This document shows, piece by piece, positions 61,808 through 64,000 of a stretch of 64,000 nt of DNA. Both the position numbers and the translations under genes were made by a program. Source of the stretch: Scyliorhinus canicula (taxonomy: Eukaryota); assembly GCF_902713615.1 (NCBI RefSeq), contig NC_052148.1:228121336-228185335 (forward strand). The letters run 5' to 3'. The notes below the pieces were generated by a model that was not told the DNA's origin, did not search any database, and was given only the letters and a program-made list of their open reading frames with translations. Positions within the stretch are counted from its first letter, which is position 1, and the number at the start of each line of letters is the position of its first letter.

Positions 61808-64000
61808 TGTGGTGAAATGCGTCACCATATATACACAAGGGGTTAATGTAAATACACTACAACTAAGTAAACACTAGAGGGAGCACCGGAGATGTCATGA
61901 CATGCAGACATACAGCTAATGAACACATAGAATAGGACACGACCAATGGGCAGTCAAGACACCTAGAGGTGACACTACCACAAGGGGGCATTAAACAACC
62001 CATATAAAAGGACAGGGCACACATGCTCTGTCTCTTTCCACAGTCAGACACTTAGAGAGAAGGACAGGGGCAGATCAGAATCATCACGCCCACCACGTGG
62101 CTTAGAGCAGACTGGTTAGTTAGACTGAGTTACTATAGCAAGATTAGCAGGAGAGTCAAACTCATAGAGAACTGTGTTAATGGTTCAATAAATCACATTG
62201 AACTTACGTCAAAGTCTGGAGTATCTTTTGGTCAAAGCTGCATCGAGTTGCAGCCTGTGTTATCCCAGAGTACATAACACAACATGGTACCAGTAGTGCA
62301 TGTTGAATCTATATAATTCGTAGACATAGAACATAGAACAGTACAGCACAGAACAGGCCCTTCGGCCTTCGATATTGTGCCGAGCAATGATCACCATACT
62401 CAAAGCCACGTTTCCACCCTATACCCGTAAACCAACAACCCCCCCCCCCCCCCCTCCCCCCCATAACCTTACTTTTTAGGACACTACGGACAATTTAGCA
62501 TGGCCAATCCACCTAACCCGCACATCTTTGGACTGTGGGAGGAAACTGGAGCACCTGGAGGAAACCCACGCACACACGGGGAAGACGTGCAGACTCCGCA
62601 CAGACAGTGACCCAGCCGGGAATCGAACCTGGGACCCTGGAGCTGTGAAGCATTTATGCTAACCACCATGCTACCGTGCTGCCCCCAATTCAACTCAGCA
62701 AGATCCGTGACTACCAGCAACAGCACCCAGGCAAGATAATCGAGATTCTGGTTCCTCAGCAGCTCAGGTACCACGGCAATCTCTGCCAACTGGGGTGCAT
62801 TCAAGCAGAGATTTGAGATTTACCTGGTAGCATCCGACCTAGATGGCGTGGCCGATGCTGAGAAGATAGATCTTCTACTCACCATTGCGGGTAAAAGTGC
62901 AACAGAAATCTTCAACTCCTTCAAGTACTCCAAAGGGCAGGACAAGAGAGACTTCCAGACAGTCCTGGACAAGTTTGAAAACTACTGCGAGGTAAACACA
63001 AAGAAAATCGGTAAAACTGGCGCCTATACTCACCACGAGGCAAAGGTAGGCTTGCAGCAGGGGCGAACGGCAGTTTTGATTGGCAGCCATCTTGTGCAAG
63101 GAGCCGCACATGCGCAGTTCCCGAGAAGACGCGAACCGGCAAAACAGTGTTGCATTGAGAGCGCACAGATCGACTCCACAGCGAGATCACTGCATGACTC
63201 CACATAGGGAATGATGCCAGACTCCACAGAGAGAGCAATTCAAGCCTCCACAGCGAGCTCGTTGACAGACTCCACGATGGAAGCAACGCAAGACTCCAGA
63301 GCGCAGACCTTGCATGAACAAGACCATGAAGGTCCAGCAACTTTATCTGACCAACCAGCAGCAGACGATGCAAGTCTGCCACGCTCAAGTGCACAGCAAG
63401 ACGACTATGACAGTCTAACCAAATTATTTGAGCCACCAGAAGAAGACTCTGACAGTCTGCCCAGCTCATCTCACCGACAAGAAGACACTGAAGGTCAACC
63501 CACTGTATGTGCGACAAGTGACAAAGGCTTCACAATTCCCATACAAGATGTACGGCATCTCAGCGAGACTGACAGATCTCAGCTAGTATGTACATAGGCA
63601 TTCAACAATCAAAGTGAGGCTACTAGTGACTCCAGTGATACTACGTTAATTCAAACCTCATCTACTCGAGCCTCTCCACAAGAACCTGAAATGACTCCAG
63701 ACGGGGAGCATCAAGAAACCAAAGGTGATTCAGGTGAACCAGAAAGGGCTCCAGACGGGGAGCATCGACAAGTCAAGGATGATTCAAGTGAACCGGGCAT
63801 GACTCCAGACGGGGAGCGTCGAGGAATCAGAGACGGCACGCTCAATGAAACCAGATGCCATAAAGGACACTGACACAAGTAACTTTGTGAAGGACTCGAA
63901 TTCTCCACTCGGTGTGGTCATTGAGCGCAACAAACACAACAACAAAACTTACAATTACAACAACACAGACAACAACAAGAAGCGTACCAAAGGCACCAAC
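61808..64000 (+). mobile_element. 5' part of a Ty3/Gypsy-like LTR element: LTR 61808-62284, PBS TGGTACCAG, decayed gag
   Basis: TGTGGTG...CACAACA termini, TATAAAA (~62004), AATAAA (62187), TGG immediately after the LTR; gag-like FKQRFEIYL-AS...KI-LLLT-AG--A-EIFNSF...VLDKFENYC. Confidence 0.8.
62320..62686 (-). mobile_element. V-SINE (same subfamily as 46139-46511) inserted in the LTR element leader
   Basis: Reverse complement of the 46139 SINE; TSD AATTC (62315-62319, 62687-62691). Confidence 0.88.

Overview
Vertebrate genomic DNA, most likely from a cartilaginous fish (inferred from HE1/V-SINE-type SINEs and the CR1, Rex-Babar and Penelope repeat mix). About 59 kb of the window is a tandem array of three copies of a ~20-24 kb unit (A: <1-18390, B: ~18391-40970, C: ~40971-58950). 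Each copy carries one intact 4-exon, + strand CXC chemokine gene (CXCL8/IL-8-like, 100 aa, NLR-CQC motif) that the ORF track misses because it is spliced. The three proteins are identical, with only 3 synonymous differences, but the promoters differ at the NF-kB site. The rest is transposable-element sequence: a Gmr1-like Ty3/Gypsy element (PR-IN-RT order, RT core deleted) fused to a Rex-Babar LINE at the apparent duplication junction, PIF/Harbinger remnants and MITEs, an EnSpm-like remnant, a solo LTR with a nested L1-clade LINE, V-SINEs, and two Penelope-like inserts with minimal hammerhead-ribozyme motifs. Purine-rich and C-rich tandem arrays flank each gene. Nearly all long ORFs in the track are repeat or TE artefacts. 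All calls come from reading and comparing the sequence by eye; no searches were run.
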